Shown one piece after another: positions 1-9,199 of a DNA stretch of 64,000 nucleotides (the stretch's first letter is position 1; the number at the start of each line of letters is the position of its first letter). The position numbers and the translations under genes were made by a program. A model generated the notes under the pieces. It saw nothing but the letters and a program-made list of their open reading frames with translations. It was not told the origin of the DNA and ran no database searches. The stretch is from assembly GCA_034189135.1 (NCBI GenBank), contig JAXHVO010000125.1, positions 29,371-93,370 of the forward strand. The letters run 5' to 3'. The DNA is from Thermodesulfobacteriota bacterium (lineage in GTDB: Bacteria; Desulfobacterota; Desulfobacteria; Desulfobacterales; JAUWMJ01).

Positions 1-1
1 T

Positions 2-1933
2 GAAGAGCTTGAGGGTATTTTTGATCCTGAAAAAGCCATGGAAAAAGACAGCCCCCTGGTTCATGAGCATCATAAGTCAAATGTACTTAAGCTGCCATGG
101 AAGCTGCATTATGGAGACGTGGACCAGGCCCAAAAAGAAGCCGCCTTTGTGGTTGAAGATCGGTTTTCCACCACCTGGGTCACCCATTGCTGCATGGGGA
201 CCAGCGGTGCGGTGGCACTCTTTGATGCTTATGACAACCTGACCATATACTCCAACACGCAAATTCCTTCCCTGGCGCAAAAGGATTTTCTGGAAGCCCT
301 GAAAGCCATGGGACTGCAAAACAAAAGGGTCAGGGTCATCAAACCCGTTATAGGCGGTGCATTTGGCAGCAAGCTGGATACCTATGCCTATGAACACATT
401 GCCATTCTTCTTGCACACAAGTGCAGGAAGCCGGTTAAGATCACTTTTAACCGGGAGGAAGAATTCAAGGCAACCTCTACCCGGCAGCCTGCCATCATGT
501 ATATCAAACAGGGCTGTGACAAAAACGGTAAGCTGTTGTTCAGAGATATCAAAATGGTCCTGGATAACGGTGCACATACCTCGTGGGGCGCCACCACACC
601 TTCGGTGATGATGATGCCCATCACATCCCTTTACCGGTTGAAAAATGTAAGATACAGTGCAAAATGTGTCTATACCAATAATACCTATGCCCAGGCCATG
701 AGGGGATACGGAAACCCGCAGGCGACATTTGCCATCGAAAGCAGTATGAATATGCTCGCACAAAAAGCAGGCATTGATCCCATTGAGTTCCGCAGGATTA
801 ACCGTAATCATCCTGGAGATATCACTCCCCAGGATTTCAGAATAACCACCTGTGGCCTGGATTTGTGTCTTGATGCAGTTGAAAAGGAATTAAAAAAGAA
901 CGGTTCAAAGGAACAGGGGGTTGGGATCGGTGTGGCCTCACTGATCCATGTCGGAGGCGGTGCCCGCATATATAAGTCTGATGGCTGCGGTGCCATTTTA
1001 AAAATGGATGATTACGGCAAGGTGAATGTCTTCACCGGCGGTACGGACATGGGCCAGGGGCTAGACAATATCACCGCCCAGATTGTGGCGGAAGAACTGG
1101 GGCTTCATGTCGAAGACATCAATGTGGTACATACGGATACGGATGTCTGCCCATGGGATGTGGGTGCCCATGCCAGCCGCAGTACTTTTGTGGCCGGCAA
1201 TGCAGCCCTCGGCGCCGCCAAAAAAATAAAAAAGAAACTGCTTAAACTCGGTTCGAAAATACTGGATACTCCTGTTGAGGATCTTGTTTTAAGCGACAGA
1301 CACATAATGGCTTCCCATGACCCGGAAAAAAGCATGCCCATAGACAAACTTTTACGAAAAGCCCATTTTTCACCCGACGGAACCATGATTGTGGCGGATT
1401 GTTTTTATGATCCTGACAATGAAAACCTGAGCAAAGAATTCAAGGGAAATATGTCCATGACTTACACCTTCGGGGTACATGGTGTAAAAGTAAAAGTGGA
1501 TGAAGAAACCGGCAAAGTAGAGGTGCTTGAATACGTGGCTGCCCATGATGTGGGACAGGCCATCAATCCCCTGCTTCTTGAAGGACAGGTTTATGGCGGG
1601 GTGATTATGGGTCTTGGCTATGCCCTGACTGAGGAAGTGATGCATAAAAACGGAGAAATCATGAATGCCAATTTCAGGGACTATAAACTTTTTACCGCCA
1701 AGGATTCCGTTAAGATCAAAGCACCTGTCCTGGAAACGGCTGATAAAGACGGCCCTTTTGGGGCGAAGGGAATCGGAGAACCCGGTTGCGTTCCCACGGC
1801 TCCGGCCGTGGCAAATGCGATCCATGATGCGGTGGGCGTTAGAATTAAAGATCTTCCCATTACACCTGAAAAAGTGCTGGCTGCTTTACAGGAGAAAAAA
1901 AAAGGAGAAAAAAGTGCGGTTGCCAAGATTTGA
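2..1933 (+). CDS. Xanthine dehydrogenase/aldehyde oxidoreductase family molybdopterin-binding large subunit, 5' truncated by the window edge
   Basis: The reading frame is open from position 2 (EELEGIFDPEKAMEKDSPLVHE...). Motifs GGAFGSK, AMRGYGNPQ and C-terminal GPFGAKGIGEPG are present. It aligns with the paralog at 3444..5759 from about residue 140 onward. Confidence 0.85.
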   Translation, partial: EELEGIFDPEKAMEKDSPLVHEHHKSNVLKLPWKLHYGDVDQAQKEAAFVVEDRFSTTWVTHCCMGTSGAVALFDAYDNLTIYSNTQIPSLAQKDFLEALKAMGLQNKRVRVIKPVIGGAFGSKLDTYAYEHIAILLAHKCRKPVKITFNREEEFKATSTRQPAIMYIKQGCDKNGKLLFRDIKMVLDNGAHTSWGATTPSVMMMPITSLYRLKNVRYSAKCVYTNNTYAQAMRGYGNPQATFAIESSMNMLAQKAGIDPIEFRRINRNHPGDITPQDFRITTCGLDLCLDAVEKELKKNGSKEQGVGIGVASLIHVGGGARIYKSDGCGAILKMDDYGKVNVFTGGTDMGQGLDNITAQIVAEELGLHVEDINVVHTDTDVCPWDVGAHASRSTFVAGNAALGAAKKIKKKLLKLGSKILDTPVEDLVLSDRHIMASHDPEKSMPIDKLLRKAHFSPDGTMIVADCFYDPDNENLSKEFKGNMSMTYTFGVHGVKVKVDEETGKVEVLEYVAAHDVGQAINPLLLEGQVYGGVIMGLGYALTEEVMHKNGEIMNANFRDYKLFTAKDSVKIKAPVLETADKDGPFGAKGIGEPGCVPTAPAVANAIHDAVGVRIKDLPITPEKVLAALQEKKKGEKSAVAKI

Positions 1934-2918
1934 CTATTTAGGACCTGATAATCTTGAAGAGGCTCTTGACCTGCTTGACACCCACAGGGATGATGCCAAA
2001 ATCCTTGCAGGGGGAACCGATCTTTTGGTCAGGATGAAAAAGGGACTGTTAAAACCAAAATTTCTTATCAGCCTCAAAGCCTTGAACGGGTTATCCTATA
2101 TCAACCAACAAGATCAGCATATTAAAATCGGTGCCAGAACACCCATTGCAGACATTATTGCTTCAGATCTCATTAAAAAAGAATCCCTGGCACTGGTTCA
2201 GGCCTGTGAAAAAATCGGGGCCGTTACTATCCAGCATTACCGGGGAACCATCGGGGGTAATATTCTCCAGGACAACCGGTGCCATCATTACAACCAGTCT
2301 GATTTTTACCGGTCCGGACGTCAGCCCTGTCACAAGGACGGAGGAAAAATCTGTTATGCGCGAGAAGAAGCAGACCGGTGCAACTCCACCTGCCAGTCAG
2401 ACGGTGCCACCGCTTTAATGGCTGTTGACGCCAGCATCACCCTGACAACAAAGGGTGGGAAGAGAACGGTAAAGCTGGCGGACTTTTATACCGCGGACGG
2501 CATCATGCCCTTTGCCATGGAATCTCATGAACTGCTAGAGGAAATTATAATACCGATACAGGGTGGTAGCAGTGCCTATAAACGTCTTGCCTACCGTTCT
2601 GCCATTGACTATCCCATTGTCTGTGCCGGCGTTCTGTTAAAACCATCCGCCAGTCGAAAAAATGAGATAGATGACGCGCGAATCGTGGTCGGTGCCATGG
2701 GCAGGTCTCCTTTGCTCCTTGCCCAGGCATCATCCTCTTTAAAAGGAAAAAAACTGACCGATACGGATGCCTTTAAAAAGGCAGCCGATATCGCCATGGA
2801 CCATGCCTCCACATTTGCGGTTCATAATGTGGGATCTACCCTTGAATACCGTTGCGCCATGGTGTCACCCATGGTATTCGGCGCACTAAAGCAGTCAGCT
2901 GAGGCTGCAAAAAGATAA
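1914..2918 (+). CDS. Molybdenum hydroxylase FAD-binding (medium, CoxM/XdhB-like) subunit
   Basis: A GTG at 1914 follows GGAGAAAAAA and gives VRLPRFDYLGPDNLEEALDLL...ILAGGTDLLVRMK, a typical FAD_binding_5 N-terminus. The longer ORF from 1665 overlaps the previous gene and is not needed. Confidence 0.8.
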   Translation: MRLPRFDYLGPDNLEEALDLLDTHRDDAKILAGGTDLLVRMKKGLLKPKFLISLKALNGLSYINQQDQHIKIGARTPIADIIASDLIKKESLALVQACEKIGAVTIQHYRGTIGGNILQDNRCHHYNQSDFYRSGRQPCHKDGGKICYAREEADRCNSTCQSDGATALMAVDASITLTTKGGKRTVKLADFYTADGIMPFAMESHELLEEIIIPIQGGSSAYKRLAYRSAIDYPIVCAGVLLKPSASRKNEIDDARIVVGAMGRSPLLLAQASSSLKGKKLTDTDAFKKAADIAMDHASTFAVHNVGSTLEYRCAMVSPMVFGALKQSAEAAKR

Positions 2919-2942
2919 CCACAATAACGGAGTTTGCTTAAA

Positions 2943-3440
2943 ATGGAAAAAATAAAAATCACCCTGAATATCAATAATAAACCCCGCGAGGTGATGGTCT
3001 ATCCAAACGACACCCTGTTGGAGGTGTTGCGGGATGATCTTGACCTGACCGGTTCAAAGGAAAGCTGCGGCGAAGGGGTCTGCGGGTCCTGTACCGTTCA
3101 CATGGATGGCAAACCCGTCCGGGCCTGTCTGACCCTGGCCTTGGAAGCACAAGGAACCCAGATCAAAACAGTGGAAGGGCTTGCCCATGGGGATGATCTG
3201 TCTGATCTACAACAGTCCTTTATTGATCACGGAGCTGTCCAGTGCGGATTCTGTACCCCGGGCATGCTCATGTCAGCAGATGCATTGCTCAATGATAACC
3301 CAAAGCCCGATGAAAAAACCATCCGCAAGGCCCTTGCCGGAAATATATGCCGGTGCACGGGCTATGCAAAAATTGTTGCAGCTGTGGCCCATGCGGGTAA
3401 CCCGCAGGGCCATTGCCCGGATTGTAAACCAAAGGAGTAA
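2943..3440 (+). CDS. Molybdenum hydroxylase (2Fe-2S)-binding small subunit
   Basis: Cys motifs CGEGVCGSCTV and QCGFCTPGM...CRCTGY are present. The ATG at 2943 lies 11 nt after GGAG. An alternative TTG start exists at 2934. Confidence 0.85.
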   Translation: MEKIKITLNINNKPREVMVYPNDTLLEVLRDDLDLTGSKESCGEGVCGSCTVHMDGKPVRACLTLALEAQGTQIKTVEGLAHGDDLSDLQQSFIDHGAVQCGFCTPGMLMSADALLNDNPKPDEKTIRKALAGNICRCTGYAKIVAAVAHAGNPQGHCPDCKPKE

Positions 3441-3443
3441 AAC

Positions 3444-5759
3444 ATGTCTGATTACACCATCATCGGAAAAAGAATGCCCAGGGTTGATTCCCGGGCCAAG
3501 GTTATGGGAAAGGCAAAGTATACTGCCGATCTGAAGCTACCCGGCATGCTGGTGGGAAAAATCAAAAGAAGCCCTTATGCCCATGCACGGATTTTAAATA
3601 TCGATACGTCAAAGGCTGAGGCCCTCCCCGGTGTAACGTCCGTGGTCACAGGAAAAGATACTGAAGGTGTCAAATGGGGAGTATTTCCCTATACCCGAGA
3701 TCAGCAGTTTATTCAAATAGAAAAAGCCAGATACATTGGCGATGAAGTTGCAGGCGTGGCAGCCGTAGATGAAGAGACTGCCCTTCATGCCCTTGATCTT
3801 ATTGAGGTGGAATATGAGGAACTGCCGGCCGTGTTTGATCCCATGGAAGCCATGGCATCGGAAACCGAACTCATCCATGAAGATTTTCCCAACAACATTA
3901 ATATCCATGTGAATATCGATACAGGGAATGTGGATGAAAACTTTGAGAAAGCATACTATATCAGGGAAGACACCTTTGTGGCATCGGAGGAATCCTATTT
4001 TCATGCCGAGCCTTATGCAGTTGTGGCAAGGTTTGACCATGAACACTGCCTGGAAATCTGGATGCCCAATGCCGGACCCCATATGAAATCCAAACCGTTG
4101 TCCAACGCATTTAAAATTCCCCTTCATAAGGTAAAGGTCAAGAAAATTTCCATTGGCGGTGCATTCGGGGGCCGCTCAGAGATCTGCCCGGCAGACTATA
4201 TTTGTGCCCTGCTGGCAAAAAAGTCCAACCGACCGGTAAAAATCGAGTTCACCAGGGAAGAAAACACCATTGCCACCCGACAGGGACACGCCATGATTAC
4301 CACCCATAAAACAGGGGTGGACAAGGATGGAAGGGTTCTGGCAAGAGAAACCACATGTTATATGGACGGTGGCGCATACTCAAGCACCGGCCCCATTGCC
4401 ACCAGCGTTCCTTTTCTTTCCATGGAACAGGCTTACCGGATGGAAAGCGTACGTTACAACGGCTACCGGGTTTATACCAATAAACCCATCAGGGGTATGA
4501 TAAGAACCCACGGACGTGGGTTTGCCTGCGGGTTGGACACCCAGCTGGACATGATTGCAGACCATCTTGGCATTGATCCGGTGGAGATGAGATTGAGAAA
4601 TAGCAGGCAGCCGGGTGATTATACCAGTACAAAATCCTATGTTGACTCCTGTGCCATGGATGAAACCATTTTAAAGGCAGTTGAAAAATCAGGCTTCAAG
4701 AAAAAATGGGGTAAACTGCCCCCCTTCCACGGTATCGGTATCGGCACCAATTCGGTGCAGACAGGCTTTCCCATGGGCATCCGGGGCGGATCTCAGTCTT
4801 TTATCAAATTCAACGAGGATGGAGAGGCAACGGTCATGTCCGGGGTGGTGGACAATGGTCAGGGCAATGACAACATGCTGGTCCAGATTGCTTCCGAAGA
4901 GCTGGGGCTGCTGCCTGAAGACATCCATCTGGTTTCCGCCGATACCGAGACCACGTCTTCTGATCCGGGATCTTACTCTCAGGTTTCCACCTTCGTGGGT
5001 GGGCACGCGGTGAAAATCGCGGCACAGAACTGCCGGGAAAAGCTTTTCCAGGTGGCTGCAAAAGTATTAAAGGTGAAACCCGACCAGCTGGCGGCAAAAA
5101 ATCGTATGATTTTTGTCAAAGATGACCCGGAAAAATCGATTCCCATTAAAAAAGTGGTGAGAACCAGTCTGTTAAACTTCAACTCGGTGAATGCCGAAGG
5201 CGGATACTGGCCCAAGGTGGACATGAACCGCGAATGGGTTAAAAACCCCTATGGCCAAATGTGTGAAGCCTTTTCCTTTGGTACCACCATTGTTGAAGTC
5301 AAAGTTGACCCTGAAACGGGTCAGGTTGAAGTGTTAGAGGTCACCGCTGCCCAGGACGTTGGATATGCCATAAACCCCATGGTCCTTGAAGGCCAGTTTG
5401 AAGGCGCCCTTACCATGGGTGGACAGGGCGGTATGCTCACCGAATACCATGAATGGAATGACGGCAGGTGTATCAATCCCACCATGCTGGATTATAAACT
5501 GCCATTGGCCTGTGATATGCCTAAAATTAATAATATCATCGTGGAATCGGTTGATCCCAAAGGACCTTACGGTGCCAAGGAAGCCGGTATGTCCATTGCC
5601 ATGTCGGCTGCTCAAGGTTACAGTGCGGCAGTCAGCAATGCCATCGGTGTCTATATGGACTCTTTTCCCCTGACCCCGGATAAGATCCTTGCGGCAATTA
5701 AGGAGAAAGAAACTCAAAGCCAACAACAGCAAGATTCAACCAAAACACAGGTTAATTGA
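3444..5759 (+). CDS. Second, full-length xanthine dehydrogenase family molybdopterin-binding large subunit (divergent paralog)
   Basis: 771 aa with an Ald_Xan_dh_C-like N-terminus (IGKRMPRVDSRAKVMGKAKYTAD) and GGAFGGR. The C-terminal motif reads GPYGAKEAGMS instead of GxGE. Confidence 0.85.
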   Translation: MSDYTIIGKRMPRVDSRAKVMGKAKYTADLKLPGMLVGKIKRSPYAHARILNIDTSKAEALPGVTSVVTGKDTEGVKWGVFPYTRDQQFIQIEKARYIGDEVAGVAAVDEETALHALDLIEVEYEELPAVFDPMEAMASETELIHEDFPNNINIHVNIDTGNVDENFEKAYYIREDTFVASEESYFHAEPYAVVARFDHEHCLEIWMPNAGPHMKSKPLSNAFKIPLHKVKVKKISIGGAFGGRSEICPADYICALLAKKSNRPVKIEFTREENTIATRQGHAMITTHKTGVDKDGRVLARETTCYMDGGAYSSTGPIATSVPFLSMEQAYRMESVRYNGYRVYTNKPIRGMIRTHGRGFACGLDTQLDMIADHLGIDPVEMRLRNSRQPGDYTSTKSYVDSCAMDETILKAVEKSGFKKKWGKLPPFHGIGIGTNSVQTGFPMGIRGGSQSFIKFNEDGEATVMSGVVDNGQGNDNMLVQIASEELGLLPEDIHLVSADTETTSSDPGSYSQVSTFVGGHAVKIAAQNCREKLFQVAAKVLKVKPDQLAAKNRMIFVKDDPEKSIPIKKVVRTSLLNFNSVNAEGGYWPKVDMNREWVKNPYGQMCEAFSFGTTIVEVKVDPETGQVEVLEVTAAQDVGYAINPMVLEGQFEGALTMGGQGGMLTEYHEWNDGRCINPTMLDYKLPLACDMPKINNIIVESVDPKGPYGAKEAGMSIAMSAAQGYSAAVSNAIGVYMDSFPLTPDKILAAIKEKETQSQQQQDSTKTQVN

Positions 5760-5770
5760 TCACCCCCTGG

Positions 5771-6799
5771 ATGGAACAGATGAAGAAGATCAGAGTTGAA
5801 GAGGCAATCGGAACGGTTCTCGCCCATGACATGACACGGATCATCCCGGGAGAATTCAAAGGCGTCGGGTTTAGAAAAGGACACGTTGTACAAAAGGAGG
5901 ATATCCCGGAACTGTTAAAGATCGGGAAACACTATCTGTACGTCCTTGATCTGGGAAAAGATCAGCTCCATGAAGATGACGCGGCCACAAGGATCTCAAG
6001 GTCTATTTCAGATCAAAACCTGGAATTTTCCGAACCCCGGGAAGGTAAAATCAATATCATCACCCCATATGCAGGCCTGCTAAAAATCAATGTGGACGCC
6101 CTGCTCCAGGTGAATAAGATGGAGCGTATTATCGTAGCTACCTTGAAGAATAATTTTCCCTGTAAAAAGGGAGAGATCATTGCAGCCACCCGGATCATTC
6201 CTCTGACCATCCCTGCAAAATACATCGAAGGACTTGAAGCGCTGGCGAAAAAAAATAAGACCATTGTTTCGGTCAAACCATACAAATCTTTAAAGGTGGG
6301 AGCGGTGGTAACCGGTTCTGAAGTCTATAACGGACTGATTTCAGATGATTTTGACCCGTCCGTGGGGAAGAAAATTACAGCAGCCGGATGTACACTCATT
6401 AAAAAAATCATTGCACCTGATGATGTAGAAGCTATTTCCCATGCAATTAAGGAGTTAAAGAAACTCGGAAGTGAACTGATCATTACCACCGGAGGGCTTT
6501 CGGTAGATCCGGATGATGTGACCCGCCAGGGGGTTATCACGGCAGGCGCCGATGTTGCCTTTTACGGTAGCCCTGTCCTCCCCGGTGCCATGCTCATGGT
6601 TTCAGCGCTCGATCATATCCCTGTCATCAGCCTTCCTGCGTGTGTATTTTACTACAAGCGGACCGTGTTTGACCTGATTTTTCCAAGGGTTCTGGCCGGA
6701 GAAAAAATCAGTGAAGATGATATTGCGGCCATGGGTCACGGCGGTTTGTGCATGAACTGCAAGGTCTGTCACTATCCGGTCTGTTCATTCGGCAGATAG
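5771..6799 (+). CDS. MoeA-like / MoaB-MogA-fold molybdopterin-binding domain protein
   Basis: N-terminus EEAIGTVLAHDMTRIIPGEFKG is MoeA-like, and the C-terminal half (VVTGSEV...LIITTGGLSVDPDDVT) matches the MoCF biosynthesis fold. The start is uncertain: the ORF opens with TTG at 5756 and ATGs occur at 5771 and 5780. Confidence 0.6.
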   Translation: MEQMKKIRVEEAIGTVLAHDMTRIIPGEFKGVGFRKGHVVQKEDIPELLKIGKHYLYVLDLGKDQLHEDDAATRISRSISDQNLEFSEPREGKINIITPYAGLLKINVDALLQVNKMERIIVATLKNNFPCKKGEIIAATRIIPLTIPAKYIEGLEALAKKNKTIVSVKPYKSLKVGAVVTGSEVYNGLISDDFDPSVGKKITAAGCTLIKKIIAPDDVEAISHAIKELKKLGSELIITTGGLSVDPDDVTRQGVITAGADVAFYGSPVLPGAMLMVSALDHIPVISLPACVFYYKRTVFDLIFPRVLAGEKISEDDIAAMGHGGLCMNCKVCHYPVCSFGR

Positions 6800-6804
6800 C
6801 AGAC

Positions 6805-6900
6805 GTTCACAGGCATCGCAGCTGCACGCGATCAGGGCGACCAGCATAGCATAAGTATAGCTGGTCGCCCTGATCGTGCACATCTGCGGCAACTGTGAAC
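6805..6900. repeat. 96-nt imperfect palindrome (17-bp perfect core stem GATCAGGGCGACCAGC/GCTGGTCGCCCTGATC plus extended imperfect arms)
   Basis: The left arm gttcacaggcatcgcagctgcacgcgatcagggcgaccagc is the near reverse complement of the right arm gctggtcgccctgatcgtgcacatctgcggcaactgtgaac. No T-run follows. Confidence 0.8.
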
Positions 6901-6978
6901 GCCTACATAACGAAGATTGTGTGACCTTTTTATTCCGAATGTGCGTGAACGGGTACTATAATTTTAAGAGATACTATT

Positions 6979-7788
6979 ATGACAAAAACGATCAAGGAAC
7001 TTATCATCGCTATAAAAGGGGCAGGAGAAATGGCCACCGGTGTGGCATGGCGTCTTTTTCAGTCAAATTTCAAAAATATTTTCATGATGGAGATTAAAAA
7101 ACCCATCGCGGTCAGGCGACAGGTCAGCTTCTGTGAAGCTGTTTATGATGAAAAAAGTATGGTGGAGGGTGTTGAGGCCGTCAAGGTCTTTAATTCGGAT
7201 GACATCCGAAATGCCTGGAATAACCATATCATCCCTGTCATCGTTGACCCGCATTGGAAATCCATTAAAGCCATCCGGCCCCATGTGGTGGTCGATGCGA
7301 TTATTGCCAAAAAAAACCTGGGCACCAATCTATCCGAAGCCCCTTTGGTTATTGGACTTGGACCCGGATTCGAGGCAGGCAGAGATGTCCATATGGTCAT
7401 CGAAACCAACCGGGGTCATAACCTTGGAAGGATTATTTTAACCGGTGGTGCCGAACCGAATACCGGAAGCCCCGGTAATATTAACGGCTTCACCAAAGAA
7501 AGGGTTCTTCGTTCCCCCTGTTCAGGTATATTCAAGTCTTCTTTGAGCATTGGTGACCTTGTCAAACAAAATGATGTGGTCGGACATGTGCACAGCAAAC
7601 CGGTCGTTGCCGGAATAGATGGCGTTTTAAGGGGGCAGATCAGAAATAACACCATGGTGACCGAGCACCTTAAAATCGGGGACATTGATCCCAGGGGAAA
7701 CAGGCAGAACTGCACCACCATCTCGGAGAAAGCCCGGGCCATCGGCGGCAGTGTGCTTGAAGCGATTTTAAGAAAATACAATCAGTGA
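6979..7788 (+). CDS. YqeB/EF2563-family selenium-dependent molybdenum hydroxylase system (maturation) protein
   Basis: 269 aa with a Rossmann-like N-terminus (IAIKGAGEMATGVAWRLFQSNF...EIKKPIAVRRQVSFCEAVYD). This matches my recollection of the TIGR03309 family. It lies directly downstream of the Mo hydroxylase genes. Confidence 0.55.
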   Translation: MTKTIKELIIAIKGAGEMATGVAWRLFQSNFKNIFMMEIKKPIAVRRQVSFCEAVYDEKSMVEGVEAVKVFNSDDIRNAWNNHIIPVIVDPHWKSIKAIRPHVVVDAIIAKKNLGTNLSEAPLVIGLGPGFEAGRDVHMVIETNRGHNLGRIILTGGAEPNTGSPGNINGFTKERVLRSPCSGIFKSSLSIGDLVKQNDVVGHVHSKPVVAGIDGVLRGQIRNNTMVTEHLKIGDIDPRGNRQNCTTISEKARAIGGSVLEAILRKYNQ

Positions 7789-7832
7789 CAAACGGGGAAG
7801 TTTTGGCTACCGAGTAATTATTAAACTTATTA

Positions 7833-8001
7833 GTAGCTACACATATAGTCAGGCTGAAGCTGTTTAGCCTGAAGTCTGAGGGGTTCAGAAAAAAACGCTT
7901 GCCGTACTTTGGCAAAATGTAATTCTTGCATCAAACATGGCTTTAAAATGCGTTTTTTCCTAACAGTCTTCAGTCTTCAACCTAAATACCTGAGCAGTTA
8001 C
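7833..8001 (+). mobile_element. MITE-like repeat, family A, copy 1
   Basis: It is homologous in reverse-complement orientation to 30384..30552 (shared tagtcaggctgaagctgtttag...cctaacagtcttcagtcttca). The ends are gtagctac and gcagttac. Confidence 0.7.
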
Positions 8002-8036
8002 AAAACTTTTTAATATAGATTACAGGAGGACAAAGC

Positions 8037-9179
8037 ATGCGTGCAATAGTATTAGGCGGAGCAGGCGGTATGGGACAGGGTGTTGCCCGGGACCTGATAA
8101 AACAAAAGCAGGTTACAGATGTTATCCTGGCTGACTTGTATCCGGATCCTGAAAGACTGGCACCTAAATTACGTGACAGTGAAAAAACAACCCTTATCAA
8201 GATGGATGTAAATGATCACGACGCAATGGTAAGCAGATTCAAAGAGATCGATGTGGTGATTAACTGCGCAGGCCCCTTTTACAAGACTGCCGTGCCGGTG
8301 GCAAAGGCTGCTGTTGAAGCTAAAAAAAACTACATCGATATCTGTGATGATTATGAGGGAACCGAAATTCTTTTTAACTCTGACATTGATAAAATGGCCA
8401 AAGAAGCCGGCATTACCGTTTTGACCGGTATGGGTTCTGATCCCGGAACCAACAATGTCCTGGTGAAATGGTATGCAGACCGCCTGGACCAAGTTGATGA
8501 GATTTATCTCTATTGGGTGGTCAGTATTGCCGAGCTTGCAGGCGCAGCCTGGGATCATAGCCTGCATATGACCCTGGGAAAAATCCCTCAATATATTGAT
8601 GGAAAACTTGTCTACGTTGAAGGCGGAACCGAAGAAGTGGCTGAACAGTTTTTAGAACCTCTTGGCACCTGCCATGTCCGCTATGTGGGCCACCCCCAAC
8701 CCCTGACCCTCCCCAGATACATCAAAGGGGTTAAAAATGTGATCATAAAAGGCGCACTCATCCCATTATGGGTAGATGAGCTGATAAAAGAACAGAAAAA
8801 TACGGGTCTTTTAAGCACAGAGCCCATGGATATCAAGGGAACCAAGGTCACCCCCTATGACCTTGCCCTTAAACTTTGGGAGACGATTCCCCGAGGGAGG
8901 GATAACGGTCCCCAGTCCTCGGGTCTTAAGGTCATTGTCAAGGGAGAAAGAGACGGCAAGAAAATTACTTACACCGCTGACATGGTGGGCAGAATGGCTC
9001 CGGGAACCGGACTTCCCGCCTCCATTGCAGCGCTTATGATGGATGCCGGTGATGTCACTCAAAAAGGGGTGGTGGCTCCGGAAGGCTGCATCGATCCAGC
9101 CAAATTTCTTGGCGCATTTTTAAAAAGAGGCGCCAGAATTCACCAGACAGAAAAAATTTCATCCATGTTTGCAGTTTAA
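8037..9179 (+). CDS. Saccharopine dehydrogenase family NAD(P)-binding oxidoreductase
   Basis: N-terminal Rossmann motif MRAIVLGGAGGMGQGVARDL with Sacchrp_dh-like architecture. A strong RBS (AGGAGG) lies upstream. Confidence 0.7.
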   Translation: MRAIVLGGAGGMGQGVARDLIKQKQVTDVILADLYPDPERLAPKLRDSEKTTLIKMDVNDHDAMVSRFKEIDVVINCAGPFYKTAVPVAKAAVEAKKNYIDICDDYEGTEILFNSDIDKMAKEAGITVLTGMGSDPGTNNVLVKWYADRLDQVDEIYLYWVVSIAELAGAAWDHSLHMTLGKIPQYIDGKLVYVEGGTEEVAEQFLEPLGTCHVRYVGHPQPLTLPRYIKGVKNVIIKGALIPLWVDELIKEQKNTGLLSTEPMDIKGTKVTPYDLALKLWETIPRGRDNGPQSSGLKVIVKGERDGKKITYTADMVGRMAPGTGLPASIAALMMDAGDVTQKGVVAPEGCIDPAKFLGAFLKRGARIHQTEKISSMFAV

Positions 9180-9199
9180 CTCATTACAGGAGATTTTTC

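Noticed and set aside
77-811. Long antisense ORFs inside well-supported genes, for example 77..811(-), 11503..12222(-), 35337..35984(-), 38409..39002(-), 45174..45599(-) and 60225..60752(-)
   Set aside because: They lie entirely within, and opposite to, CDS with strong family motifs. Their translations are low-complexity or motif-free. They are typical shadow ORFs.
1665-1913. 5' extension of the FAD-subunit ORF (track start 1665)
   Set aside because: The extension overlaps the C-terminus of the large subunit by about 270 nt in another frame. A GTG at 1914 with an RBS gives the canonical N-terminus.
6876-7097. 73-aa ORF overlapping the palindrome and the start of the yqeB-family gene
   Set aside because: It has no RBS or motif and overlaps a better-supported CDS in another frame.
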